Below, one piece after another: positions 8,281 to 16,369 of a stretch of 41,466 bases of DNA. The notes below the pieces were generated by a model. The model saw nothing but the letters and a program-made list of their open reading frames with translations, was not told the DNA's origin and made no database searches. Position 1 is the first letter of the stretch. Each line of letters starts with the position of its first letter. The DNA is from Acidobacteriota bacterium. GTDB taxonomy: Bacteria; Acidobacteriota; Polarisedimenticolia; Gp22-AA2. Location of the stretch: contig QHXY01000039.1 in the NCBI GenBank assembly GCA_003223145.1, positions 1 through 41,466 of the forward strand. Reading direction: 5' to 3'. A program made the translations under genes and the position numbers.

Positions 8281-9621
8281 TCAGAGCGATTTGAGGAGCG
8301 GCGCGACCCTGGTGAACGCCTTGAGGTGCGTCTCGATGTCGGCCTCGGTGTGCTGCACCGTGACGGTCCACTGCTCGTCGGGGCCGGGTGGCTGTGGGAT
8401 GACTCCCTCGTTGAGCATCGCCAGGTACCAGGCCTGCGAGGCGTGCTTGTCGACGGAGGCCCAGTCGCGGTAGTCGCGCAGGACGTCCTTCCTGAAGTTG
8501 ATCGTCCCCATCGAGCCGACGCCGTTGGCGTAGCAGGGCAGGCCGTGCTCGCGGATGAGCCGGCTGTAGCCGTCGACCAACCTTCTGTTGAGCGCGAACA
8601 CCCGGCGGTAGGCCTCGTCGGTGAGAATCTCCTTGAGCGTCACTTCGGCCGCCGCCAGGGTGATCGGATTGCTGGCGTAGGTGCCGACGTGGATGACGCG
8701 GAGCGAGTTCAGCTCCTCCATGATGTCGGCCGACGCGCCGAACGCCGCCAGCGGCATGCCACCGCCGATCGCCTTCGCCAGGACCGTGATGTCGGGCGTG
8801 ACCTTGTAGTACTCGGTGGCGCCGCCGCGGGCGATCTTCACGCCGGTTTTCACCTCGTCGAAGATCAACAGGGCCCCGAACTCGCTGCACAGGGCGCGCA
8901 GGCCGGGCAGGAAGTCCGGCAGCGGCTCGGTGACGCCCATATTCATCATGATCGGCTCGAGGATGAGACAGGCCACCTCGTTCGGGTTCTCCTCGAACAG
9001 GGCCCGCACCCCCTTCAGATCGTTGAACGAGGCCACCAGCGTGTGGACGAACGATTCCTGCGGGATGCCCTCGCTCCAGCTCACCCGGCGCGGGCGCGAG
9101 CGCAGACCGGCCAGACGCAGCGGAGGCTTGTTGGACACGAGGACCGTGTCGTGGGCACCATGGTAAGCCCCCTCGAACTTGATCACCTTGCTGCGACCGG
9201 TGTAGCCGCGCGCCAGGCGGATAGCGTGCATGGTGGCCTCGGTCCCCGAATTGCAGTACCGCCACTGGTCCTGACCGAAGCGCGCGCGCAGCTCCTTCGC
9301 CACCGAGACCTCCAGCCGGTGCGGCATGGCGTGCAGCGTACCGCGCCGGGCCTGGGCCTCGAGGGCCTGGACGATCTTCGGATGGGCGTGTCCGACCAGC
9401 AGGGCGCCGAAGGCATTGGCGAAATCGGTGTAGCGGTTGCCGTCGGCGTCAGTGATCGTGGTGCCGACCGCGGACTCGATGAAGATCGGGTTCGGGTCGA
9501 CCACGCGGAAGTTCGATGAGACTCCGCGCGGCAGGAGGCGCTTCGCCTCGTCATGCAGCTCGCGGGATCTCTTCGTGCGCTCCAGGTAGCGGCTGACGAT
9601 CGCGTCGTAGGTGCTGGACAT
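8281..9621 (-). CDS. class-III PLP aminotransferase (glutamate-1-semialdehyde aminomutase-like)
   Basis: Contains NSGTEATMHAIRLARGYTGR and IFDEVKTG (PLP Lys). Start ATG 9621 (MSSTYD) follows GGGGAGGG. The track ORF start at 9720 adds Arg-rich junk. Confidence 0.85.
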   Translation of the reverse strand: MSSTYDAIVSRYLERTKRSRELHDEAKRLLPRGVSSNFRVVDPNPIFIESAVGTTITDADGNRYTDFANAFGALLVGHAHPKIVQALEAQARRGTLHAMPHRLEVSVAKELRARFGQDQWRYCNSGTEATMHAIRLARGYTGRSKVIKFEGAYHGAHDTVLVSNKPPLRLAGLRSRPRRVSWSEGIPQESFVHTLVASFNDLKGVRALFEENPNEVACLILEPIMMNMGVTEPLPDFLPGLRALCSEFGALLIFDEVKTGVKIARGGATEYYKVTPDITVLAKAIGGGMPLAAFGASADIMEELNSLRVIHVGTYASNPITLAAAEVTLKEILTDEAYRRVFALNRRLVDGYSRLIREHGLPCYANGVGSMGTINFRKDVLRDYRDWASVDKHASQAWYLAMLNEGVIPQPPGPDEQWTVTVQHTEADIETHLKAFTRVAPLLKSL

Positions 9622-9754
9622 GCTCGGCCCTCCCCGCCGCCTGCCCCGGGATCCCCCCTCCCGGGGGCCTCGGACAGGCTTCCGGGCAGGCCGGTCCGGC
9701 GGGGTCACCGGATGAAACACGGCCTGTCGATGCGACTGGAGGAGGAAGTCTATC

Positions 9755-9830
9755 AGACAAAAAGAAAACCCGGAAGCGTCTGCGGCGCAGCGCGCCGCCC
9801 CGACTGGACCGTGACCGGGGCTTCCGGGTT
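9755..9830 (-). terminator. rho-independent terminator with a three-way-junction stem
   Basis: On the minus strand, AACCCGGAAGC (9830-9820) pairs with GCTTCCGGGTT (9777-9767). This encloses two inner hairpins (CCCCG/CGGGG and GCGGCGC-gct-GCGCCGC). It is followed directly by TTTTCTTTTTGT. Confidence 0.7.
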
Positions 9831-9891
9831 CGGTGGCCGGCCGGTATTCCCTAGGCGGAGATACCGAGCGGCCCGATGACCGTGGGTCCGC

Positions 9892-9951
9892 CTAAGTTGC
9901 CACCACCTCACGGGTCCGGTATGACACCTCGTTGCTACACTCATAACTCAT
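9892..9951 (-). CDS. candidate 19-codon sORF (MSYECSNEVSYRTREVVAT); alternatively the 5' part of a small RNA or leader
   Basis: The ATG is preceded by AAAGGAGGTGGTCC (9970-9957), an unusually long match to the anti-SD. The stop is TAG 9894-9892. Codons are atypical for this genome (AGT, TAT, TGT, TCA, GCA, ACT). Coding status is unproven. Confidence 0.35.
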   Translation of the reverse strand: MSYECSNEVSYRTREVVAT

Positions 9952-9984
9952 TTGCTGGACCACCTCCTTTCTCGTGTACCGGTG

Positions 9985-10013
9985 AACATACTCCGGTGGA
10001 GAGGAGGCTTCAA
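9985..10013 (-). promoter_or_regulatory. sigma70-type promoter TTGAAG-N17-TATGTT for the sORF/RNA unit
   Basis: On the minus strand, the -35 TTGAAG is at 10013-10008, the spacer is exactly 17 nt, and the -10 TATGTT is at 9990-9985. It shares the TTGAAG -35 with the promoter at 12423. Confidence 0.45.
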
Positions 10014-10014
10014 G

Positions 10015-11430
10015 TCACTTCGTGTCGTCGTCGGGGGGCGCCCCGGTGCCCGGCGCCTGCAGGGGGCCGGCGGCCGCCGGCAGGGAGGGAGGGCCCGGCG
10101 TCGTGATCGGGGCCGTCGCGGTCATCCCGCTCCACACCTCGTCGCCGAACGGGGCGTCGAAATGGACCGCGGAGTACTCGACGACCGCTTCCAGGGCACC
10201 GATCTCCCCGGTCACGTCGGTGGCGTGCGTCTCCCGGCGGGTGGCGATGCGCACCCCGCCGAACGTGAGATGGTCGGACCACAGCACGACCGAGTAGGTG
10301 CGATCCTCGGCGCGATAGGAGTGGATCCGGTCGATCAGATGGTTCACGCGGCTGATGTAGATGTCGTGCCAGTCGTCCCGGCGGGACTCGTCCTGGCCCT
10401 CGAAAGTCAAGCGCACGACGTCGCACAGGTCGGACGGGACGCGGCTGGCCATGGGCGGCGTGCGCTCGCCCCGGTACTGCAGGCGCGCCTCGGGGTCGAG
10501 CAGGTCCCAGGGCAGGAGGAACGACCAGCGCGCGATCCGCATGAAGGCACGGGGGAAATCGAGCTGGGCCGGATCGAGCACCGGGACGCCCGCCCGCCTC
10601 ACCTCGAGGCTGTCACCCGCCACTCGCACCACCTGGGGGGCGTCCCCCTCGAGATCCTGCGCGAAGGAGCGGGCCAGGGGCCCGAGGTCGAGTCGGTGCG
10701 TCTGGCGCGATACCGCCTGCGGATCCTTCTGCCCGCCGTAGAATTCCAGCTGGTACGTGTACTCGACGTTGTGATGGGCCCGCCACACGGAGTAGGGACC
10801 GTACGATGCGAACGAGGCGATGACGGCGGCCGCGGCCTCCGGGTCGGCGATCGCCTCCAGCCGTTCGCTCAGGGGGTCGGGGTCGCGGGTCGCGCACGCC
10901 GCAGAGGAGCCGGCGGCCAGACACGGCGGCACAAGAATCGCGAAGACGACCGCGGCGGCGTGCGGTCCGCGGCCCTGCGGACTCTTCCGCCTCCCGGCCG
11001 AACCCATTCCCGCCGCGCCGGTCGCGTCCACCGTGGGACCCGTCGCGCCGGGTGTCCTGCACGCGGAGTTGGCGCACGACAGGCGGTAGCGCCGGGCCGC
11101 GATGTACCGATACACCCGATCCATCACGAACGACACACCGGGGATCCTGTACAGGGCCGCCGCCCAGGAAAGGCCTCGCAGGACGCGGAACAGCTCGCGC
11201 CAGCCCTGCGCGCCCTTGTAGAAGGAGCCGTCCGGGGCGTAGACGTACATCTGGCGCAGGGCGTCGTCGCGATCGATCCCCGGGAAGCGCGCGGCCACCG
11301 ACGGATCGTGCAACGACAGCCACTCGACGAGCCCCTGCGGGTCGCGTGCCATCATCCGGTCCCGCCAGCGCGTGCAGAAGCCGCAGTCGCCGTCGTACAG
11401 CGCCACGTAGCGGGCCGCGGCCGCCGTCAC
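10015..11430 (-). CDS. DCC-family thiol-disulfide oxidoreductase domain fused in frame to a signal-anchor plus a periplasmic domain of unknown function
   Basis: N-terminus is ALYDGDCGFCTRW...RVYRYIAARRYRL (DUF393/DCC pattern). Then follows MGSAGRRKSPQGRGPHAAAVVFAILVPPCLAAGSSAAC (signal- or lipobox-like; internal ATG 11007). About 320 aa of unassigned domain follow. The GTG start overlaps the upstream stop (GTGA). Confidence 0.75.
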   Translation of the reverse strand: MTAAAARYVALYDGDCGFCTRWRDRMMARDPQGLVEWLSLHDPSVAARFPGIDRDDALRQMYVYAPDGSFYKGAQGWRELFRVLRGLSWAAALYRIPGVSFVMDRVYRYIAARRYRLSCANSACRTPGATGPTVDATGAAGMGSAGRRKSPQGRGPHAAAVVFAILVPPCLAAGSSAACATRDPDPLSERLEAIADPEAAAAVIASFASYGPYSVWRAHHNVEYTYQLEFYGGQKDPQAVSRQTHRLDLGPLARSFAQDLEGDAPQVVRVAGDSLEVRRAGVPVLDPAQLDFPRAFMRIARWSFLLPWDLLDPEARLQYRGERTPPMASRVPSDLCDVVRLTFEGQDESRRDDWHDIYISRVNHLIDRIHSYRAEDRTYSVVLWSDHLTFGGVRIATRRETHATDVTGEIGALEAVVEYSAVHFDAPFGDEVWSGMTATAPITTPGPPSLPAAAGPLQAPGTGAPPDDDTK

Positions 11431-12350
11431 GGCGCCTCACCGCTCCTGGAAGGCTGCGGGAGCGTGTTCGGGCCGAGCCAGGTGACCACGCCTTCCGAGT
11501 CGATGCGGAACATGAATCGCGGCGTCAGCACCAGATGCGGTGCCAGGGTCGGATGGCGCAGCACCAGCGCTACGTCGGTCGGGAATGGCAGGTCACCCTT
11601 CTCGTGAGCGTGCAGCGTCGGCTGGCCCGCGGCACGCGGCCCCGGCGGGACCGACGTGGCGTTGGAATGCACCGGCTCGACGGACAGCACCTGGCGGCCG
11701 CTCGCCGCCAGCCGGATCACGAAGTCCCGACCGAAGCGCACCGATCCGGCTGGCGCTCCAGCCTGGCCTCCCGCCCCGCCGTCCTCACCGTGGTGCGAGA
11801 TGAGATAGACGGTGAACGTCGCGTCCTTCTCCCGGACGACCGCGTCCTCGAATGGGTCCCCGGCGTCCGGCCGGGAGACGGTGGCGCTCTCCGCCTGGTC
11901 GAGCGCCCGGGCATACGACTGCGCGGTCGCGGGCGCCGCGTGGGGCGGCTCCATGATCGTCAGGTTGCCGACTTCACCGGCGTCGGGGCTGAAGGGGCTC
12001 TCTGCCACCAGCACCATCCCCTTCTTCGGTCCGCTCGGCGTGCTTTCCTTCGTGAGGTCCTTCAGGAAGACCACCTGCCAGCCCTCCCTATCGGGGATGA
12101 TCACCGTGCGGTCGGGCCTCACCCCTTCGCTCGCATGCTTCTTCAGGAGCTCGGCGGCCTTGTCGACCGCCTGCAGGTAGAGGAACACTGCGCGGCCGCG
12201 TTCCTGCAGGGACCGCAGCGTCTCGTCCGATGGGCGACTGTCCTGGGCCCGCGCCGATCCGGGCGGCCCTATCAGGCAGAAGGTAGCCAAGACGAGTCCT
12301 GCCGCGGCCGTCCGGTCCGGGCCGTCTCGTGCCGTCCCTGCCAGGCGCAT
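11427..12350 (-). CDS. secreted hypothetical protein
   Basis: ATG 12350 (MRLAGTARDGPDRTAAAGLVLATFCLIGPPGSARAQD, a signal peptide) follows GGAGGAGACGG. No family recognised. Confidence 0.7.
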   Translation of the reverse strand: MRLAGTARDGPDRTAAAGLVLATFCLIGPPGSARAQDSRPSDETLRSLQERGRAVFLYLQAVDKAAELLKKHASEGVRPDRTVIIPDREGWQVVFLKDLTKESTPSGPKKGMVLVAESPFSPDAGEVGNLTIMEPPHAAPATAQSYARALDQAESATVSRPDAGDPFEDAVVREKDATFTVYLISHHGEDGGAGGQAGAPAGSVRFGRDFVIRLAASGRQVLSVEPVHSNATSVPPGPRAAGQPTLHAHEKGDLPFPTDVALVLRHPTLAPHLVLTPRFMFRIDSEGVVTWLGPNTLPQPSRSGEAP

Positions 12351-12422
12351 CCGTCTCCTCCGGATCCGAGACTTCCAGTGTACACCACCGCTGCGGCTCG
12401 GAAAGGTGCTGCGGGAGCGCGC

Positions 12423-12451
12423 TTGAAGCACCCCCGCCAATCCCGTATCAT
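12423..12451 (+). promoter_or_regulatory. sigma70-type promoter TTGAAG-N17-TATCAT for the FAD-oxidase operon
   Basis: The -35 is at 12423-12428, the spacer is 17 nt, and the -10 is at 12446-12451. This is 33 nt before ATG 12484, with a GAGGGA SD between. Confidence 0.45.
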
Positions 12452-12483
12452 GACCGGTCCTGGCGCTCGCACAGAGGGACAGC

Positions 12484-13818
12484 ATGATGTCGGCCAGCCT
12501 GGCGCGTGATCTGAGGGCGCTTCTCTCGGGGCAGGTGCTCGACGACGAGGCGGCCCGGCTCGACAGGAGCGGGGACTTCGGACGGATGACCCGGCGCATC
12601 CCCGGGGTCGTCGTCCGCCCGGCCGGAACGGGCGACGTGGCGAAGGTCATCCGCTACGCCCGGCAGAGCTCCGTTCCGGTGGCGACGCGCGCCGAGGCGC
12701 ACACCCAGAGCGGCCAGGCGCTGACCGACGGCGGCATCCTCCTGGACATGACCTCCCTCGACCGCATCCAGAGCATCGACGCCTCCGGTTCGTGGGCCGA
12801 CTGCGAGGCCGGGGTGAAATGGGACACGCTGGTCAGGCAGACCATCCCGCAGGGGCTCGTCCCGCCGGTCCTGACCAACAACCTGGGAGTGACGCTCGGG
12901 GGGACCCTGTCGGTGGCCGGTCTGGGCGTCGCCTCGTTCCGTCACGGCGCGCAGGGAGACAACGTCCTCGAGATCGAAGCGGTCATGGGAACAGGCGATG
13001 TGGTCGTCTGCTCCGAGGACGCCAACCGCCCGGTGTTCGACGCGCTGCGCTCGACGTTCGGTCAGTTCGGGGTGATCACGCGGGCGCGCGTGACGCTGCG
13101 CCGCTGCCGTCCGCGGACGCGCACCTATTTTCTCCTTTACGACGACCTCGGCGCGCTCATGCGAGACGCCCGGCTCGTCATCGAGCACGACCGGATCGAT
13201 TACATCGAGTCCACGTGCGTGCCGCCCCTCCACTTGACAGTCGAGCACGGCCCCGAGTCGCCACCCGCCGACGCGGAGACGCTGCAGGGGCTCGCCCCGT
13301 ATCGCAAGGTGCACATCGAGGACCAGGACACGCTGGAGTTCGCGGCGCGCATGGAGCCGCTGTTCGCCATCTGGAAGCGGACCGGCAACTGGGCGCTGGC
13401 GCACCCCTGGACGGAGACCATCCTGCCGTGGGGCGCCGCCGAGCCGTTCATCACGCAGGTGCTCGCCGGCCTGCCGCCCACCGCCCTCGGCGGCGGGCAC
13501 GTCCTGCTCTGGCCGTGCCGCGGCACGGTGTCGCGCGTCCCGCTGTTCATGCACCCGGAGACCCCCCTGGTCATGGGCTTCGGAATCCTCCCGGGGGTGC
13601 CGCCCGATCTGCTGCAGCAGGCGCGCCGGCGGCTGAACATGATGTCGGACATGAGCATGGCGGCCGGCGCCAGGCGCTACCTGTCCGGCTTCATCGAGTT
13701 CGACCGCGCGCGCTGGAAACAGCACTTCGGCCCGCGCTGGGACGAGATCGGCCGCCTCAAGAAGACCCACGACCCGGACGGTATCCTGAATCCGGGGTTC
13801 ATCGACTACGGCCCCTGA
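12484..13818 (+). CDS. FAD-linked oxidase, cytokinin-dehydrogenase (CKX)-like
   Basis: Has a PCMH-type FAD domain (PGVVVRPAGTGDVAKVIRYARQSSVPVATRAEAHTQSGQA...GGTLSVAGLG). The C-terminal end is CKX-like (WKQHFGPRWDEIGRLKKTHDPDGILNPGF). Confidence 0.8.
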   Translation: MMSASLARDLRALLSGQVLDDEAARLDRSGDFGRMTRRIPGVVVRPAGTGDVAKVIRYARQSSVPVATRAEAHTQSGQALTDGGILLDMTSLDRIQSIDASGSWADCEAGVKWDTLVRQTIPQGLVPPVLTNNLGVTLGGTLSVAGLGVASFRHGAQGDNVLEIEAVMGTGDVVVCSEDANRPVFDALRSTFGQFGVITRARVTLRRCRPRTRTYFLLYDDLGALMRDARLVIEHDRIDYIESTCVPPLHLTVEHGPESPPADAETLQGLAPYRKVHIEDQDTLEFAARMEPLFAIWKRTGNWALAHPWTETILPWGAAEPFITQVLAGLPPTALGGGHVLLWPCRGTVSRVPLFMHPETPLVMGFGILPGVPPDLLQQARRRLNMMSDMSMAAGARRYLSGFIEFDRARWKQHFGPRWDEIGRLKKTHDPDGILNPGFIDYGP

Positions 13819-13841
13819 GCCCGCCCGGAGGACCCGAACCG

Positions 13842-14819
13842 ATGTCGACGTCGATGTCAGCGCCCACCGCGACGCCCGCGCTGCGGGAGGCCCCCGGCTC
13901 GGTGCCGCGCGCCGGGGTACGGCGGTGGCGCCGTGGCGTGGGACACCTGGGCCGGGTCGCCATCGGTCTTGTCTTGCTGGTCGCGGGTGTCTTGAAGGGT
14001 CTTGACCCGGCGGAGTTCGCCCACCAGGTCGCGGGCTACGGACTTCTCGAGCCCCGCCTGTCGTCGGTCATTGCGCCGGCGCTCATCGTCTTCGAGATCA
14101 CCCTGGCGGTCGCCCTGCTGGCAGGTGCGTGGCCGCGTCTGTCCGTTCTTCTGTCGCTCGTCCTCCTGTTCGGCTTCATCGGCATCGAGGCGTACGGACT
14201 ATCCGTCGGGCGGACGGAGGCCTGCGGCTGCTTCGGCGCCTACGTGCAGCGGACGCCGGCCGAGGTGATCGGCGAGGACCTGCTGTTCGCGGGGCTGGCC
14301 CTCCTGGCCCTCTGGGGCCTCGCTGGGTGGGCCGGGGTGCGCGCCCGGCGGGCGGCCACCGCGCTGGCGGCAACCGTCGTCCTGTCGATTGTCTTCGTCG
14401 TGGCCTCACCCTCGCTGCCGATCGACGCCTACGTCACGCGCCTGTCGGTGGGAAAGAGCCTGAAGGATCTTGATCTCAAGGACCGGGTGCCTGTCCTGGC
14501 GGCGGGGCGACACCTCGTGGTCCTGCTGGACGTCTCGGATCCGGGTGCCGCCGGGACCGCCGCCGTCTTCAACGCGATGGCGGCGCGACCCGGGGCTCCG
14601 GGCATCGTGGGCCTGACTCCGTCCACGGAGCAGGAGATCGACACGTTTCTCTGGTCGGCTGTCCCGGCGTTCGAGATTCACCGGGTCGATCGGGACGTTA
14701 TCAAGAGACTGTATCGCAAGCTGCCGCGCTGCTTCCTGATCGATGGCGGACGCGTGACCGCCGTCTACGACGGCGCTCCCCCCGGAGCCGAAGAGCTGCT
14801 ATCATCGGAGGCATCATGA
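13842..14819 (+). CDS. MauE/DoxX-type membrane protein fused to a thioredoxin-like domain lacking CxxC
   Basis: Contains GVLKGLDPAEFAHQVAGYGLL and EACGCFGAY within four TM helices. The C-terminal TlpA-like fold has VSDPGA where CxxC is expected. The real gene is only the 3' third of track ORF 12792..14819. Confidence 0.8.
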   Translation: MSTSMSAPTATPALREAPGSVPRAGVRRWRRGVGHLGRVAIGLVLLVAGVLKGLDPAEFAHQVAGYGLLEPRLSSVIAPALIVFEITLAVALLAGAWPRLSVLLSLVLLFGFIGIEAYGLSVGRTEACGCFGAYVQRTPAEVIGEDLLFAGLALLALWGLAGWAGVRARRAATALAATVVLSIVFVVASPSLPIDAYVTRLSVGKSLKDLDLKDRVPVLAAGRHLVVLLDVSDPGAAGTAAVFNAMAARPGAPGIVGLTPSTEQEIDTFLWSAVPAFEIHRVDRDVIKRLYRKLPRCFLIDGGRVTAVYDGAPPGAEELLSSEAS

Positions 14820-15637
14820 ACGTCGGCCTTCCTGCCGTCCGGAAGCTCGGCTCCCTCGTGGTGGCGCTGGCGGGCCTCTGCGCCGCGGCGCGCGCCGGGG
14901 CCGGTGCCATCCTGTGCATACCCAATTACGATTACAGCGTCGAGGTCGACGGCAGCTATCCCCGGAATGCCACGCTGTACCAGTCCGACTCCCCGGGGAA
15001 ATACTTTATCGACGTCCCCGCCTGCAAGAACGGTCTCCTGATGGACCTGCACGACAAGCGGGTGGTCGCGGTGCCGCGCGATCTGGTGAAACCGGTGGAC
15101 GGCAAGCTTCAGGTCTCCGACAGCCCGCCGTCCGGCGCCACGGCCTACGCGCTGTCGGTCGACGGGCCGATCGTCCAGTTCCAGGCCGAGGACAGGAAGG
15201 TGCGCATCCTGCGCTGTCTGGACCGACCCCCGATCGTCGGCGAGGTCGAATTCAACGCGCTGATCGCCGACCGGGCGGAATACCGCGAGGCGATGAAGGT
15301 CTACGCCCCCGACGCCGCCTCCATCGCGAGGATGAACAAGTACGTCAAGAAGGTGCAGCTCGACGTGTTCTTCGCCACCTGGTGCCCCCACTGCAAGGAG
15401 TACATGCCGAAGTTCCTGCGGGTGATGTCCGAGGTCAAGAACCCGAACATCAAGCTGAACCTCTACGGTGTCCCGAAGGGGTTCGGCGTGGCACCGGGAC
15501 CGTGGCAGGGCCGGAACATCAACAGCATCCCGACCATCATTGTGAAGATCGACGGCAAGGAGATCACCCGGATGGGATCGCAACCCGGAGCGACCCCCGA
15601 GGTGGAGCTGGCCGGCACGTTGGATGCCGTGAAATAA
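14816..15637 (+). CDS. secreted thioredoxin-domain protein (MauD/TlpA-like, WCPHC) with an unassigned N-terminal domain
   Basis: Has a signal peptide, FFATWCPHCKEYMP, and cis-Pro region SIPTIIV. ATGA overlap with the preceding gene. Confidence 0.8.
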   Translation: MNVGLPAVRKLGSLVVALAGLCAAARAGAGAILCIPNYDYSVEVDGSYPRNATLYQSDSPGKYFIDVPACKNGLLMDLHDKRVVAVPRDLVKPVDGKLQVSDSPPSGATAYALSVDGPIVQFQAEDRKVRILRCLDRPPIVGEVEFNALIADRAEYREAMKVYAPDAASIARMNKYVKKVQLDVFFATWCPHCKEYMPKFLRVMSEVKNPNIKLNLYGVPKGFGVAPGPWQGRNINSIPTIIVKIDGKEITRMGSQPGATPEVELAGTLDAVK

Positions 15638-15678
15638 CACCGGTCGCGGCCGGCCCCGCGGCGCCTCCGTGCCATCGA

Positions 15679-16011
15679 TCAGCCTCGATGCCCCCGGACG
15701 GGCTTCCCCGCCCGCGCTGCCTCGATGTTCCGATCTCTCTCCGCCTCGATGCGCCGCCGATCCTTGAGGTAGTCCTCTTCGAGTTTCGCCAGCTTCTCCT
15801 GGCCCTCCGGCTCCGACAGGACCTTGGCCCGCTCTGAGGCGTGCAGGATCTCGCGTTCCGCCAGCTTCGCCTCGCACATCGTGCGGATCGCCGCGATCTT
15901 GTTCTTCTGCTCGTTCGTCAGGAGGGCCGGAGCGGCCTCTCCGCGCTCGCGGTCGCGCTGCTTCAGCTTCTCGAGGGCGAGCTCGTACGCGCTCTTGGGT
16001 GCGTCGCTCAT
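15679..16011 (-). CDS. hypothetical K/E/R-rich coiled-coil protein (110 aa)
   Basis: Clean coding bias, GAAGGGG SD, no recognised domain. Confidence 0.6.
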   Translation of the reverse strand: MSDAPKSAYELALEKLKQRDRERGEAAPALLTNEQKNKIAAIRTMCEAKLAEREILHASERAKVLSEPEGQEKLAKLEEDYLKDRRRIEAERDRNIEAARAGKPVRGHRG

Positions 16012-16027
16012 GAGGGCCCCTTCACGT

Positions 16028-16033
16028 TATAAT
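16028..16033 (+). promoter_or_regulatory. TATAAT -10 box in a 52-bp divergent intergenic region
   Basis: GTTATAATG is the only AT-rich element between the divergent starts 16011 (-) and 16064 (+). The core TTATAA is palindromic, so it could serve both directions. Confidence 0.35.
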
Positions 16034-16063
16034 GTGCGCCAGAATCGGAGTGCGGCCACGTCC

Positions 16064-16354
16064 ATGTCGAAAAGCATCAAGGTCGTTTGTCCCTGCTGCA
16101 ACACGCTCCTGACCCTCGATCCGGCCACCGGCGCGGTCCTCCTCGAGGAGCGGCGCCAGCGCCGCGAGCACCAGTCGCTCGACGACGCCATGAGCCAGGT
16201 GAAGGCGCAGCGCAAGGAGGCGGAGGAAAAGCTCGCCCGCGCGATGGATGAGGCGCGCCATCGCGACGAGATTCTCGAGAAAAAGTTCCAGGAGGCGCGC
16301 AAGAAAGCCGCCGAGTCCGACGAGCCCCCGCCCCGCCCGTTCGACGCCGACTGA
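16064..16354 (+). CDS. hypothetical protein with N-terminal CPCC zinc-ribbon-like knuckle and a coiled-coil tail (96 aa)
   Basis: Sequence is MSKSIKVVCPCCNTLLTLDPATGAVLLEE... followed by a K/E/R-rich helix. The real gene is only the 3' part of track ORF 15824..16354. Confidence 0.6.
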   Translation: MSKSIKVVCPCCNTLLTLDPATGAVLLEERRQRREHQSLDDAMSQVKAQRKEAEEKLARAMDEARHRDEILEKKFQEARKKAAESDEPPPRPFDAD

Positions 16355-16369
16355 GTTCCGGACACGCTC

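Noticed and set aside
9753-9944. 63-aa track ORF on the minus strand in the 9622-10014 gap.
   Set aside because: It runs straight through the terminator stem and T-tract, lacks an SD and has Arg/Pro-rich composition. The 19-codon ORF behind the strong SD is the better, though still unproven, candidate.
9955-9972. The plus-strand string GCTGGACCACCTCCTTTCT resembles the 3' end of 16S rRNA (…GGATCACCTCCTTTCT).
   Set aside because: No other 16S sequence surrounds it. It is simply the reverse complement of the extended Shine-Dalgarno of the minus-strand sORF.
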